From positions 225 to 64,224 of the forward strand of contig DAOOQQ010000019.1 in NCBI GenBank assembly GCA_035388825.1: a stretch of 64,000 nucleotides of DNA, given 5' to 3'. Shown here in pieces: positions 38,920 through 50,357 of the stretch. Positions within the stretch are counted from its first letter, which is position 1. Each line of letters opens with the position of its first letter. The DNA comes from Candidatus Ozemobacteraceae bacterium. GTDB lineage: Bacteria > Muiribacteriota > Ozemobacteria > Ozemobacterales > Ozemobacteraceae. Under the pieces are notes generated by a model. It searched no databases. It was not told where the DNA came from and was given only the letters and a program-made list of their open reading frames with translations. The translations under genes and the position numbers were made by a program.

Positions 38920-41900
38920 ATGTCCACCCCCCTGCGTGTTCGTTTTCGCTTCCCCTGGCCGGCGTGCGTGCTGTTCGGGCTGTTGTGCCTCTGTCTCGTC
39001 GCCCCCGCCGCAGCCGATATACCGGCCCTCGAAACCGAGCGGGCGAAGGCGACCAAAGAGCTCGAAGCCGTCATCGGCACCATCAACCTGTCCGAAACGG
39101 CGGTCAGATCGGCGGGTGAGCTGATGAGCGGCCTCGAAACCGCCCTGGGAAAATACGTGTCGGCCCGGGACGCCCAGGCCGGCGTTGTCGCCGGCATCCG
39201 CGGCAAGCTTCGCGAGATCGATATCCAGCTGGCAAAGCTCCGCTCCCCCAACGATCTGGCCACGGCCTGGGGGGAATACAAGAACAACCGAACCCAGGAA
39301 AATTTCATCAAGCTGTATATGGTGGTGCGCGGCGTGAAACCGGACAACGCGACTCTGGAAAGCTATGTCCAGCAGGAATCGATCCTCCAGCTGGAGATCC
39401 GCAACAAAGTCATCGTTCCGGTTCTCCAGGTGCTGGTCAAGCTTGGCGGTCTCGTCAAGCAGATCAACGAGCTCGCCTTCAACGGGGTCGGCATCTGCCA
39501 TCCCCGCGACGCGGACGGGGCCCTCGAGGCCGTCGACGAACTTCTCGGAACGATGCAGAAGCATTTTTCGAAGCTCGAGACGAAGATGGGCATGAAGGAC
39601 GACCAGCTGCTCGTCGCCGGGGTGGCGGTCGAGCTTTCCAAGAACTTCCAGGACTTCTTCGATCCGAAGGAACTCATCCCCGACAAGCTCAAGGAGTGGT
39701 CGGACGCCTTCGAGGAGAGCAGCTACTCGAACTGGATTCCCGGCAAGGCCGCCTCCAAACTCCAGGCCGAGGCGGAGAAGATGGCCGAGGAGTCCTATGA
39801 GAAATTCAACGAGGATACCTACGGAACGAAGGATCGCGCGCGGGATTACGAGAAATTCTCCCGGATGCGCGAAGAGTTCGCAACGGCTGCCGATGAATCC
39901 GAGGCTGTTCTGAAAGAGTTCCAGAAGCCTGTCGACGAGTTTGCGGAAAAGGTCGCCGAGAGCCGGGAAAAATACAAGCGCATTCTCGGCGCGTATGAAG
40001 GCCTGCTCGAGCGCAAGATGGAGCTCGAACGCCGGATTCCCGACCTCGCCGCCCGGATCGATGATGAGAAGTGGCGCGAACTCTCGAAGCCGATTCCCGG
40101 CGAGAAACTTGCCGAAGAGGCTCCTGTTTTCGCTTTTCTCAATCCCGACCGCTCGGCCGGCTTCCTTGCCGCCGACGACCTGACGGAGATGGTGCTGGGC
40201 TACCCCCGGCAGCAGCGGTTCGCTCTCACGACCCGGGTGGCGCAGATCGTTCGGTCGAAAGCGAAAACCACGGTCTCCACGGGATCCGGCAGTCGCGAAA
40301 CGATCATCTCGCTCATCTCCCGTGGCGATTCGGGTGATGTGTACAAGTATCCCGGCGTCAAAATGCGTGACGAGCAGGGGCGGGTCGAGATCGACACGGC
40401 GGCCATGAGACTGGTTGGAAAGGCTCCCGGAACGGCGAAACTCGTGTTCGAGGTTCCCGGCTGGGGCGATATCACGACGGATCAGGCCGGCAACCACGTG
40501 CTCCAGACCCGCACCTACACGTCTCGCCGCGAAATTCCGGTCGCCAGGCTCACCGGAATCGAGGTTCGGAACGCTCTCGGCCCTGTCGGCCGGGTGGATC
40601 TCGTCTCGACAGCCGAGTCCCGCGGCGGCATGTTTGGGATGAAGGTCGAGGCGCTCGTCGAGCACGGCGCCGGAACGTCCCGGCAGCCTGTCGAGATGTC
40701 CCGCCTCGCCTTCACCCTGACGGGCGACTCCTGCGCCATCGTCAGGAAGTCCTCGGCGACCGAATTCGCCATCGAGGCCACCGACAGGCCCGGCGTCTGC
40801 ACCGTCGAGATCGGGGTTGCCGGCTCGGCCGGCTCGGCCCGGAAGGTGGCGAAAATCCGTGTCACGAACAGTGTTCTTCGGGCTTCCCGAAGCCTCGCTG
40901 ACGGTGAAAAAGTTGCCGCGGGCGTGAGTCGGAAGGCCGAAGAGCTGCCCATCGGTGCCTCTGGCAAGATCACGATTCTGATGGACGGGCCCGCTCCGGC
41001 TGAGGACTATATCGCCGAGTTGGTCTGTTCGCGCGGCAGCGAGGATCTCGAGCCTGGCCGGGGCGGCATCTCGGGAACCGCCCGCGCGGGTTTCGACTCT
41101 TCCGGCACGCTTTCCCAGGCGCTGCTTTCCTTCTCCCTCGGCAAGGAATGCCTGAAGATCGACGAGGCGCAGAAGAAGGGAACCTGGTTCAGCCGCGAGC
41201 CGATCACGGTGTCGGCCATCGTCCGGCGCCGCTCGACCAATGCGGTCGTCAGCCATTTCGGCTTCGGTGAGATCATCCCGGTCGCGACCGTCAAACGCCT
41301 GCGCGTCGTGATGCGCGGGAGCGGCGGCGATGGGGCCGTGGTCGATGCGATGCCCCTGTTCCGCCCCGCCGACCGGCAGCACAACCAGTGGCCGTTTGCG
41401 ATCCGCATCGAGCTCGAATCGGGCGACCGGATCACCGTTCCCCTCGACGCGGTCGAGCAGGGCCGGCCCGGGAGCCTGCTCTTCGGCATCGACGGGAAGA
41501 GCGGAAGTATTCTCTTCAATATCGGTGCCATGCAGCGGGTCGGCTGGGAAACCCTGACCTACCGGCTTTCCCCAAGCCGCGCGGCGCGGATGCACGTGAA
41601 CCTCGCGGGGGATTACGAAGACGGTTCGATCCTCTTTTCCGTGAACCGGCTCGAGCTCTGGAAGCACGAAAACGGCGTCCGGATGACCGTTCTCGGCCCC
41701 CAGAAAGACGCGATGGACGGGTATGCGGTCCGGTGGAAGGCCGGCTCCGGCATGACCACGACCCCCTTCCGGAAGGACCAGGGGGAATGGGTCTGCGACG
41801 GCCCAGAGAACACGCCGGTGTTCGAGGCCGTGCTTCTCAGTCCGCGCGGTGCCGAGTGCGGCGTCGTCCGGGGAGCCGACGGCAAGGCCATCGCGTCCTG

Positions 41901-44106
41901 CGAGCCGGACCACCGGCCGACCATGGCGATCGAGACTCCGACACCCCTCAAGGCCGGTGCGATCGCCAGCGTCCGCGTCACGTGCAACGATCTGCCTTCC
42001 GACGGCCCGCTGTCGATGGGATCGGCCGAGTATTACACGCTCTGGAAGACCACCGGCCCGTTCGGCAAGGTCAGAACGGCCGAAGGCCCGGTGTATCCCC
42101 TGGGCCCCACGGGCTTCCTCTCGATCGGGCATGTCGAGTATCTGCGCGGTGTGCCCGAAGGCGGCGCCAGGATTCCCGTCGAGGTCGAGTTGTACCGCCG
42201 CACTGACTGGCAGAGCTATCAGCCGAAAGGACGGCTCGTCGCTTCGGCGAGAGGAACGCTCGAGGCGCTCTACAATCCCTCTCTGCCTCCCTTCACGGGC
42301 CAGATCCGCATCGTCCAGGGAAGTGACGGCGGCCGGACGGTTGCGACGCAATGGGTGGAAGGCGCCCCCGAGGTGAGCCTCGAGCGCATGGTCGCCATCG
42401 ACGGCAACAACCCCTTCAATGTCCAGAACCCGATCGTGAACGTGACCAGAAACGGCCAGACGCTCGTCGCGACCGATGCCGTTCCGATCACCTCGCTTCC
42501 CGAGCCCCCCGTGCCCGGGGAACCGGTCGTTCCGGCTCCCCCGGCGCCGCCCGAGCCGCCGGCCCCCGTTCCGACGCTCACGACGGCGGCCCGCGACAAG
42601 TCTGATGGCGACAAGCTGCTTCCGTCGACCGGCGGCACGATCGTGGATACTGTTAGCTATACAAATCTGACGGCCGGTCGCTCCTACACGCTCAAGGGCG
42701 TCCTGATGAACCGCGCGACGGGCCAGTCGGCCGGGATCACCGCCGAGAAAACGTTCACCGCCGCTGCCGCGGCTGGGATCGTCACCCAGGAGTTCGTCGT
42801 CGGCGCCGGCGAGGCCGATCGGACACTCGTGGTGTTCGAAACCCTCCATGCCGACGGCGCCGTGGTGGCGCGGCACGAGGACCTGCTCGACGCCGCCCAG
42901 GCCGTGGCGGTCGGTGCCCCGCCGCCTCCGCCCGAGATGACGACGGCTGCCCGCGACAAGGCCGACGGCGACAAAGCCCTCCCGTCCGCCGGCGGCACGA
43001 TCGTGGATACCGTAAACTATAAAAACCTGACCCCGGGCCGCTCCTACACGTTGAAGGGCGCGCTGGTGAACAAGGCGACGGGCCAGGCGACCGGGATCAC
43101 CGCCGAAAAGACCTTCACGGCGCAGGCCGCCGATGGAAGCGTGACGCAGGAGTTCACGGTCACGATCCAGCAGGCGGGCCGCACCCTGGTCGTGTACGAA
43201 CGACTCTCCGATGGAGCCACGCTCGTGGTGAAGCATGAAGACCTGAACGACGCCGCACAGGCAGTCTCGATCGGAGCCCTGGTTCCGAGCCTGACGACGT
43301 CGGCGAAGGACAAGGCGGACGGGGACCGGACGCTTCCGTCAGCCGGCGGCACCATCACCGACACCGTCGCGTATACGGATCTCGTTCCCGGAAAAACCTA
43401 CACCCTGAAGGGCGAGGTGATGGACAAGGCGACCGGCCTTGCCGTCGGCATCACGACCCAGAAACCCTTCACGCCCTCCTCCTCCGCCGGCACGGTGACG
43501 CAGGAGTTCACGGTCACCGCACAGCAGGCCGGAAAAACGCTGGTTGTCTACGAAACCGTGCTCGACGGCGGTGCGGTGGTCGTGAAACACACCGATCTCA
43601 CCGATGCCGCCCAAACCGTTGTCGTCGAAGAAGCCCAACAGGGCATCACCGGGCTGACCTCGACCGTCGCCTTCGCGAACGTGAGTCCGGCGAACCCGAC
43701 GATCCACATGGCCTGTATCCTGCTCGACCCGAACACCAGTCAGGGAAGTCTCAGCGCCGGTGACGGCCAGATGTTCAGTGCCAACCGCGTCTTCGACATC
43801 CATGTGACGCCGACCTACAACATCGGAGACGGGGACCCGTGGATCCATTTCGAGCGCGCCCAGGCGAACTCCGGCAGCCCGAACTGGAGGCTGTCGGCCG
43901 CGACCGGTGCAACAAATACGTTATTTTATAATACTGGACAAAATATCACTGTATTCAACGTGAACACCCGGGTGACCCTGTTCATCGAGCAGGCCGTCGC
44001 CGGCGGATCGAAAATCAGGCTCGAATTGACGGTGACGCGTAATGGCAACGGCACGGCGGCAGGCGATTACCAGCTGGTCGTCCATACGGCCGAGTATGTG
44101 AACTGA
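38920..44106 (+). CDS. Giant secreted surface/adhesin-like protein (1728 aa): N-terminal helical domain, Ig-like beta domains, Pro-rich linker and three tandem Thr-Gln ester-bond stalk domains
   Basis: ATG 38920 gives the signal peptide MSTPLRVRFRFPWPACVLFGLLCLCLVAPAAA; the first ~450 aa are charged and coiled-coil-like; central beta-rich repeats; PEPPVPGEPVVPAPPAPPEPPAPVP linker; 3 x ~120-aa repeats each ending HEDLLDAAQ / HEDLNDAAQ / HTDLTDAAQ (the HxDxxDxxQ ester-bond signature) and containing VVFE/VVYE; no LPXTG. Confidence 0.8.
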   Translation: MSTPLRVRFRFPWPACVLFGLLCLCLVAPAAADIPALETERAKATKELEAVIGTINLSETAVRSAGELMSGLETALGKYVSARDAQAGVVAGIRGKLREIDIQLAKLRSPNDLATAWGEYKNNRTQENFIKLYMVVRGVKPDNATLESYVQQESILQLEIRNKVIVPVLQVLVKLGGLVKQINELAFNGVGICHPRDADGALEAVDELLGTMQKHFSKLETKMGMKDDQLLVAGVAVELSKNFQDFFDPKELIPDKLKEWSDAFEESSYSNWIPGKAASKLQAEAEKMAEESYEKFNEDTYGTKDRARDYEKFSRMREEFATAADESEAVLKEFQKPVDEFAEKVAESREKYKRILGAYEGLLERKMELERRIPDLAARIDDEKWRELSKPIPGEKLAEEAPVFAFLNPDRSAGFLAADDLTEMVLGYPRQQRFALTTRVAQIVRSKAKTTVSTGSGSRETIISLISRGDSGDVYKYPGVKMRDEQGRVEIDTAAMRLVGKAPGTAKLVFEVPGWGDITTDQAGNHVLQTRTYTSRREIPVARLTGIEVRNALGPVGRVDLVSTAESRGGMFGMKVEALVEHGAGTSRQPVEMSRLAFTLTGDSCAIVRKSSATEFAIEATDRPGVCTVEIGVAGSAGSARKVAKIRVTNSVLRASRSLADGEKVAAGVSRKAEELPIGASGKITILMDGPAPAEDYIAELVCSRGSEDLEPGRGGISGTARAGFDSSGTLSQALLSFSLGKECLKIDEAQKKGTWFSREPITVSAIVRRRSTNAVVSHFGFGEIIPVATVKRLRVVMRGSGGDGAVVDAMPLFRPADRQHNQWPFAIRIELESGDRITVPLDAVEQGRPGSLLFGIDGKSGSILFNIGAMQRVGWETLTYRLSPSRAARMHVNLAGDYEDGSILFSVNRLELWKHENGVRMTVLGPQKDAMDGYAVRWKAGSGMTTTPFRKDQGEWVCDGPENTPVFEAVLLSPRGAECGVVRGADGKAIASCEPDHRPTMAIETPTPLKAGAIASVRVTCNDLPSDGPLSMGSAEYYTLWKTTGPFGKVRTAEGPVYPLGPTGFLSIGHVEYLRGVPEGGARIPVEVELYRRTDWQSYQPKGRLVASARGTLEALYNPSLPPFTGQIRIVQGSDGGRTVATQWVEGAPEVSLERMVAIDGNNPFNVQNPIVNVTRNGQTLVATDAVPITSLPEPPVPGEPVVPAPPAPPEPPAPVPTLTTAARDKSDGDKLLPSTGGTIVDTVSYTNLTAGRSYTLKGVLMNRATGQSAGITAEKTFTAAAAAGIVTQEFVVGAGEADRTLVVFETLHADGAVVARHEDLLDAAQAVAVGAPPPPPEMTTAARDKADGDKALPSAGGTIVDTVNYKNLTPGRSYTLKGALVNKATGQATGITAEKTFTAQAADGSVTQEFTVTIQQAGRTLVVYERLSDGATLVVKHEDLNDAAQAVSIGALVPSLTTSAKDKADGDRTLPSAGGTITDTVAYTDLVPGKTYTLKGEVMDKATGLAVGITTQKPFTPSSSAGTVTQEFTVTAQQAGKTLVVYETVLDGGAVVVKHTDLTDAAQTVVVEEAQQGITGLTSTVAFANVSPANPTIHMACILLDPNTSQGSLSAGDGQMFSANRVFDIHVTPTYNIGDGDPWIHFERAQANSGSPNWRLSAATGATNTLFYNTGQNITVFNVNTRVTLFIEQAVAGGSKIRLELTVTRNGNGTAAGDYQLVVHTAEYVN
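42574..43632 (+). repeat. Three tandem ~360-bp coding repeats (TQ ester-bond / VaFE-type domains) inside the giant protein gene
   Basis: Repeat starts at 42574, 42934 and 43288; protein repeats TTAARDK(S/A)DGDK(L/A)LPS(T/A)GGTIVDTV.Y.NLT.GRSYTLKG... are ~65-75% identical to each other. Confidence 0.8.
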
Positions 44107-44123
44107 GAGAAAGGAGAACGACC

Positions 44124-44666
44124 ATGAATCGCATCATTCCGACCACCGTGCTGGCTCTCCTTCTCGCTTCAACGGCAGCGATCCTTTCCGCCGCCGAGTT
44201 CCGCTCGATCAATACGATCTCGACGCCGCAGGCCGGCTCCGGCCCCGCCCTGGCCGCTTCGGCCGACCCCGGTCTCGAGGTGGCCCGCAAGAGCCTCGAA
44301 AAGCGCACGGTCGATCTCGCCCGCGCCGGTCTCACCCGCCTCATCGAGGCCTGGCAGAGGGGCGACAAGCTTGAAGCCCTGCTCTCGGACTCGTTCAATG
44401 ACCGCGACCGGTTTCTCGACATCCTGCGCCGGGTCAGCCCGGGGGATGCGAAACTGCGGCTGCTTGCGATCGATGCCGTCCGGATCGTGTCCCGCTCGTT
44501 CGACCCGGCCGGGCCTGAGGGCAAGGGCTGGGCCCTGACCAGCCGCGTCTCGATCCGCGCCCGCACCCAGATCGAATACACCCACCCGAAGGGCGGCTAC
44601 CAGAAACTCGACGGGATCAACGAGTTCGTTCTTCGCGTGGTCCAGCCGCTTCAGACGCAACGCTGA
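44124..44666 (+). CDS. Small secreted protein of unknown function (co-oriented directly downstream of the giant protein)
   Basis: Signal peptide MNRIIPTTVLALLLASTAAILSAAEF; 180 aa; 17-nt gap after the giant gene stop. Confidence 0.5.
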   Translation: MNRIIPTTVLALLLASTAAILSAAEFRSINTISTPQAGSGPALAASADPGLEVARKSLEKRTVDLARAGLTRLIEAWQRGDKLEALLSDSFNDRDRFLDILRRVSPGDAKLRLLAIDAVRIVSRSFDPAGPEGKGWALTSRVSIRARTQIEYTHPKGGYQKLDGINEFVLRVVQPLQTQR

Positions 44667-44690
44667 CGAATCGCAGGGAATGGTGACGAT

Positions 44691-46847
44691 ATGAAACGGA
44701 TACGAATCTTCGGCTGCTCGCTTCTTCTCTCCCTGTCGCTCTGCCTCTGTGCCGCGCCCGAAAGCCGCGCGGAACCCCCGGTCGATGGGGACGTCAATCT
44801 CGGCGGCGACCTGATGTTCCGCGGCGACCAGTATGACGTCGACGGGGACGCTGCGCGGGCTCCCTACCCCTACACCGGCATCCACCGCTACCTGGATTTC
44901 AACTTCGAGCTGTATCGCAAGGCGAGCGCGTTCGAAAACTGGAACCTGCGGTTCGGCGGTGTTCAGAATAATTCCAGCTATAGAAGCCGAGACTGGGGAA
45001 CCGAGCTTGAACGCTTCCGGTTCGTCTGGGAAAAGGGGGATCGCGGCACCCCCTTCCGCCTCGAAGCCGGCGAAATCTACGGCAACTTCACGAATCGCAC
45101 GCTCCAGCGCGCGCTCCACGGCTTGCTGCTCGATCTCCAGCCGGTCATGAAGGGCGACGTGAAACGCTCGATCCAACTGTTGTGGGGACTCGCCCGAGGC
45201 GAGTGGAAAGACCCGTTCGAGGATCGCGACCAGAGCATGGGCATCTCCCTTGTCGAGGAGCGGCGCGATGACTTGCGGTTCTCGCTGAACTGGGTGACGA
45301 ACCGGCGGGACCCGACCGCGACCCGCGCCGGCCTGCTGCAGCAGGTCTGGAGCGCGGCCTTCGAAAAGCCCCTCGATCGGGAGCGGCGGCACGTGCTCGA
45401 GTCGGAATACGCCTGGTTCTCGGGCGATCACGAGGGCGACGGCACGCCCGGAAGCGGCCTGGATCGGTATGACACCGGCCTGTTCATGCAGCTGCGGCAC
45501 CATTCGACTCCGTTCGGCTACACCTGGCGGTTCGAGGAATACGGAAAAGACTTCCGGCCCAACGGGGCGAACATCACCCAGAATCGCAAGGCTCTCGAAG
45601 GCTATCTTTCCTGGCAGCTCGAGAAGATCCGCACGCTCTCGGTGCGCCTCCAGCGGTTCCGCAACGCCTGGGAGAGCCCGAACCCCCTCGACTCGGATAT
45701 CGCCGGGGTGACCCTCAGCGGCCAGGTTTCGCCGAAGGACAAACTCTACGCCAGTCTCAACGCCTATGTCGACCGCTCCGACGATCGGCTCGACACGGTC
45801 GACTCGCGTTCGCGCAACCTCGATCTGAACCTGTCGCGGCCCCTCACCAACGACCTGAATGCCCGTCTCGGCTTCGGCTATCGGGACTTCGACAACCGGC
45901 TCGGCCCCGCCGGCGACAACCGGGCGCTCCAGGCCCTGCTCGGTCTCGACAAATCGATCGAATGGAACAACGCCCCGCTGACGATAGGGCTTAATTTTAT
46001 ACGCAATGCAATTGATTCTTCGGGCATCTTCTCGAATGACTGGAACACCGGGCTTTCGGTGTATCGCACGGCCGGCAACCAGGAGTTCGGACTGACCTGG
46101 AACACCCAGGCGCTCGATTATCGCCCGCAGCCGAACGCGGATGTCTACGCGAATGATTTCGGCTTCCGGTGGCAGCGTCGCAACGGGGATACCGTCGTGG
46201 GTGTCGAGATCGCCCGGAACCGGCGCGACGAAACCCGCGCCTGGCGGTACGGCTTCTATCTCGGCACCGAGTTCGACCGGGCCCTGATGCGTGCTCCGAA
46301 GAGAGAGGCCGCCGGTGAAAGCGTGCCCGGCGAGGTGACGGAGCAATTTGACCTTGCCGCCATCGTGCCCGGCACGGCGGTTGCCTCGTTCGTCGACGCG
46401 CTCGACCGGCGCGGCATGGCGATGACGAAGACCGGAAACCTCTACTCCGCTGATCACCCGGTGTTCGAGGACTTGTTCCAGCGGCAGACCCTGGCGGCGG
46501 AAGCCGACGATGCGGGGAGTCTCGTGCGTGCCGGCGTCGTGGTCCGGCTCGAAGAGTATGCGACATCCTCGGACATCATGGACGCCTATGACCGGATCCG
46601 GCGCCGCCTGCTCGACCGACTGGGCAATCCCGCGAACTCCTACGAACGGGGTGCCGTCGGCCCCGCCCTTGCCGACGAGATCCGTTCGGGGGCCTTCGTT
46701 CGCGTTCTCGACTGGAAGACGCCCCATGGCCTCCTCCGACTCGGTTTCCCGCGTCGCCTCGATGGTCGGATCCGCCTCGAGGTGCAGGTTGCCCGCGAAT
46801 TCCCCGGGGAGACCGAAGGCATGTGGGGCTTCGACAGTCTGAACTGA
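44691..46847 (+). CDS. Large secreted beta-rich protein, putative outer-membrane beta-barrel
   Basis: Signal peptide MKRIRIFGCSLLLSLSLCLCAAPESRA; 718 aa with many short alternating-polarity segments and Gly/aromatic-rich turns (FGYRDFDNRLG, GLNFIRNAIDSSG, FGLTWNTQALDYRP); C-terminus is not a canonical aromatic residue, so barrel assignment is tentative. Confidence 0.4.
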   Translation: MKRIRIFGCSLLLSLSLCLCAAPESRAEPPVDGDVNLGGDLMFRGDQYDVDGDAARAPYPYTGIHRYLDFNFELYRKASAFENWNLRFGGVQNNSSYRSRDWGTELERFRFVWEKGDRGTPFRLEAGEIYGNFTNRTLQRALHGLLLDLQPVMKGDVKRSIQLLWGLARGEWKDPFEDRDQSMGISLVEERRDDLRFSLNWVTNRRDPTATRAGLLQQVWSAAFEKPLDRERRHVLESEYAWFSGDHEGDGTPGSGLDRYDTGLFMQLRHHSTPFGYTWRFEEYGKDFRPNGANITQNRKALEGYLSWQLEKIRTLSVRLQRFRNAWESPNPLDSDIAGVTLSGQVSPKDKLYASLNAYVDRSDDRLDTVDSRSRNLDLNLSRPLTNDLNARLGFGYRDFDNRLGPAGDNRALQALLGLDKSIEWNNAPLTIGLNFIRNAIDSSGIFSNDWNTGLSVYRTAGNQEFGLTWNTQALDYRPQPNADVYANDFGFRWQRRNGDTVVGVEIARNRRDETRAWRYGFYLGTEFDRALMRAPKREAAGESVPGEVTEQFDLAAIVPGTAVASFVDALDRRGMAMTKTGNLYSADHPVFEDLFQRQTLAAEADDAGSLVRAGVVVRLEEYATSSDIMDAYDRIRRRLLDRLGNPANSYERGAVGPALADEIRSGAFVRVLDWKTPHGLLRLGFPRRLDGRIRLEVQVAREFPGETEGMWGFDSLN

Positions 46848-46856
46848 CCTATCGCC

Positions 46857-46884
46857 GTGGGGGCGCATCGCGCTGCGCCCCCGC
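46857..46884 (+). terminator. GC hairpin after the beta-barrel-like gene
   Basis: gtgggggcgca-tcgcgc-tgcgcccccgc perfect stem; no U-tract. Confidence 0.3.
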
Positions 46885-46934
46885 AATTCGCAAGGCATGG
46901 CCGGAGCGTGATCCGCCCGGGCGGAAGGAAAGCA

Positions 46935-46990
46935 TTGACTTTTCATGTACGGGTTGATAGACTTGCCCCCTGTCTATCTCATGTACGGTT
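46935..46990 (+). promoter_or_regulatory. Putative secG promoter region with direct repeat and palindrome
   Basis: TTGACT (46935-40), 17 nt, TAGACT; a 13-nt direct repeat TCATGTACGG(G)TTG at 46943-56 and 46978-90 flanks the palindrome GATAGAC-N9-GTCTATC (46956-78); SD AAGGAG before ATG 47010. Confidence 0.3.
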
Positions 46991-47009
46991 GTAAAAGGAG
47001 TCTCTTGGA

Positions 47010-48904
<1,895 letters not shown>

Positions 48905-48917
48905 TCGCCAGAAAAGC

Positions 48918-48958
48918 GAACGCCCCGGCACCCTCCGTGGTCGCCGGGGCGTTCTTGT
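48918..48958 (+). terminator. Hairpin terminator after eno
   Basis: gaacgccccggc ... gccggggcgttc 12-bp perfect stem with a 13-nt loop. Confidence 0.45.
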
Positions 48959-49040
48959 ACATCCTATATTCCTGCTGCCACCCAAGGACTCGTGATCATT
49001 TCAACCCTGATCCGCCCAATGCAGCAAGGGGAAGAACGAT

Positions 49041-49712
49041 TCAGTAGGTGCGATCGAACGAGTCGGCAGGGGTGCCGGCCGGCATCGGGCCGGAAAGAAG
49101 CGGCACGGCGGGGGCGGAGGGCATCGAAGGGGCCGGCGCCGGCGTGTCGAGGGAACTCATGTGATCGAGTAGCCGCTGCTTGATCTGATCCGCTTTCAGG
49201 CGGGAATCGGGAGTCATGCCGGCGCTCTGGGCACGCGTCAGCAGGCGCTCCATCTTCATGTCGGCATCCCCGGGAAGCGGCTTCGAGGCCGCAATGCCCC
49301 CGTCACCGAGCGGGGTGAGCTGGACCTGCATCGGCGGAGCCGGCGGCATCCCGCCCGGAATCATCGGGAACGGTGTGACCACGTCGGGGGCCGGAACGGC
49401 CACCTGCGGCGGATTCTCGGCCAACTGCTTCCGGTGCGCCGCCATCGCCAGCTCCCAGGTGTAGACGTCCGGCTCGTAGATGAGCTGCTGCTGGAGCGTC
49501 ATGCCGTGAACGGCCTTCCGCTTCTCTTTCACGTAAACATCGTGGTTCGATTTTGGATAGATCGAGCTTTTGATCAGATGTTCACTGAAAAACTCCCTCT
49601 CGAGAACCTGCCGCGTCGGCCCGTCGGTCACGGCCCGCGCCGGGGCGGTTGACCAGAGAATACAGATCGGCAGCGCCAGGACGGCGACCGGGATGGCGTA
49701 TTTGAGACGCAT
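49041..49712 (-). CDS. Secreted Pro/Ala-rich protein of unknown function
   Basis: Signal peptide MRLKYAIPVAVLALPICILWSTAPARA; 223 aa. Confidence 0.45.
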   Translation of the reverse strand: MRLKYAIPVAVLALPICILWSTAPARAVTDGPTRQVLEREFFSEHLIKSSIYPKSNHDVYVKEKRKAVHGMTLQQQLIYEPDVYTWELAMAAHRKQLAENPPQVAVPAPDVVTPFPMIPGGMPPAPPMQVQLTPLGDGGIAASKPLPGDADMKMERLLTRAQSAGMTPDSRLKADQIKQRLLDHMSSLDTPAPAPSMPSAPAVPLLSGPMPAGTPADSFDRTY

Positions 49713-49800
49713 TTTCGACCTCCATGTGTACGAGAATCCTGCGACGAGGCAAGAATGTCTGTACCGATCGCACCTTTGTCAAGGACAAAAAAAAGGGGAC

Positions 49801-50255
49801 GAACCACAGAGTCACCGAGACACAGAGATGAGAAGATTCACCACGAAGCCACGAAGACACAAAGCGTGGTTTCTTTTGTATTCTCCAACTTCGTGTCGTG
49901 GTGTCCTGGCGGAGAAAGAGCCTCTGCGCCTCTGTGTCTCTGCGGTGAAGGATTCTTCGAATGTTCGTGGTTCGTTCTCTTTTGTGTCTTGGTGCCTGGT
50001 ATGTGGGTTTCGTCAAAAGAACCGATCCACAGATGACACAGATGACGCAGATGAAATCCTGAGCGTCTTCAACCATGGAGTTTGCGGCGCATACTGGATA
50101 CAAGGGGGGGCCAGGCGTTCGTTCCTCTCTGGTTTTTCATCTGCGTTCATCTGCCCTCCATCTGCGGATGCGTTCTTGAATCCGAGGGAAATTTCAACGG
50201 AGTATCTTCGTGGTGAAAGAGCCTCTGTGCCTCTGTGTCTCTGTGGTGAAGCGTT
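49801..50255. repeat. MITE-like composite repeat element, largest copy (A, A-variant palindrome, A', B, B', A')
   Basis: gaaccacagagtcaccgagacacagag; caccacgaagccacgaag/cttcgtgtcgtggtg; cctctgcgcctctgtgtctctgcggtgaag; gatccacagatgacacagatgacgcagatgaa; tttttcatctgcgttcatctgccctccatctgcggatgc; cctctgtgcctctgtgtctctgtggtgaagcgttc. Confidence 0.65.
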
Positions 50256-50357
50256 CTTCGATCCTCTCTGGGGGCGTTACACGCGTTCAGGCGGGGTTCC
50301 CGGAAATGACGATGGGGGCGGGTTCGAAACCCGCCCCCATGCCTGGATCAGAGCTTG

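Noticed and set aside
38644-43236. 1530-aa minus-strand ORF, and 44169..46946 (925 aa) minus-strand ORF
   Set aside because: Both are antisense shadows of the giant adhesin and beta-barrel genes. Low-complexity G/R/A/D-rich products with no signal peptide or motifs.
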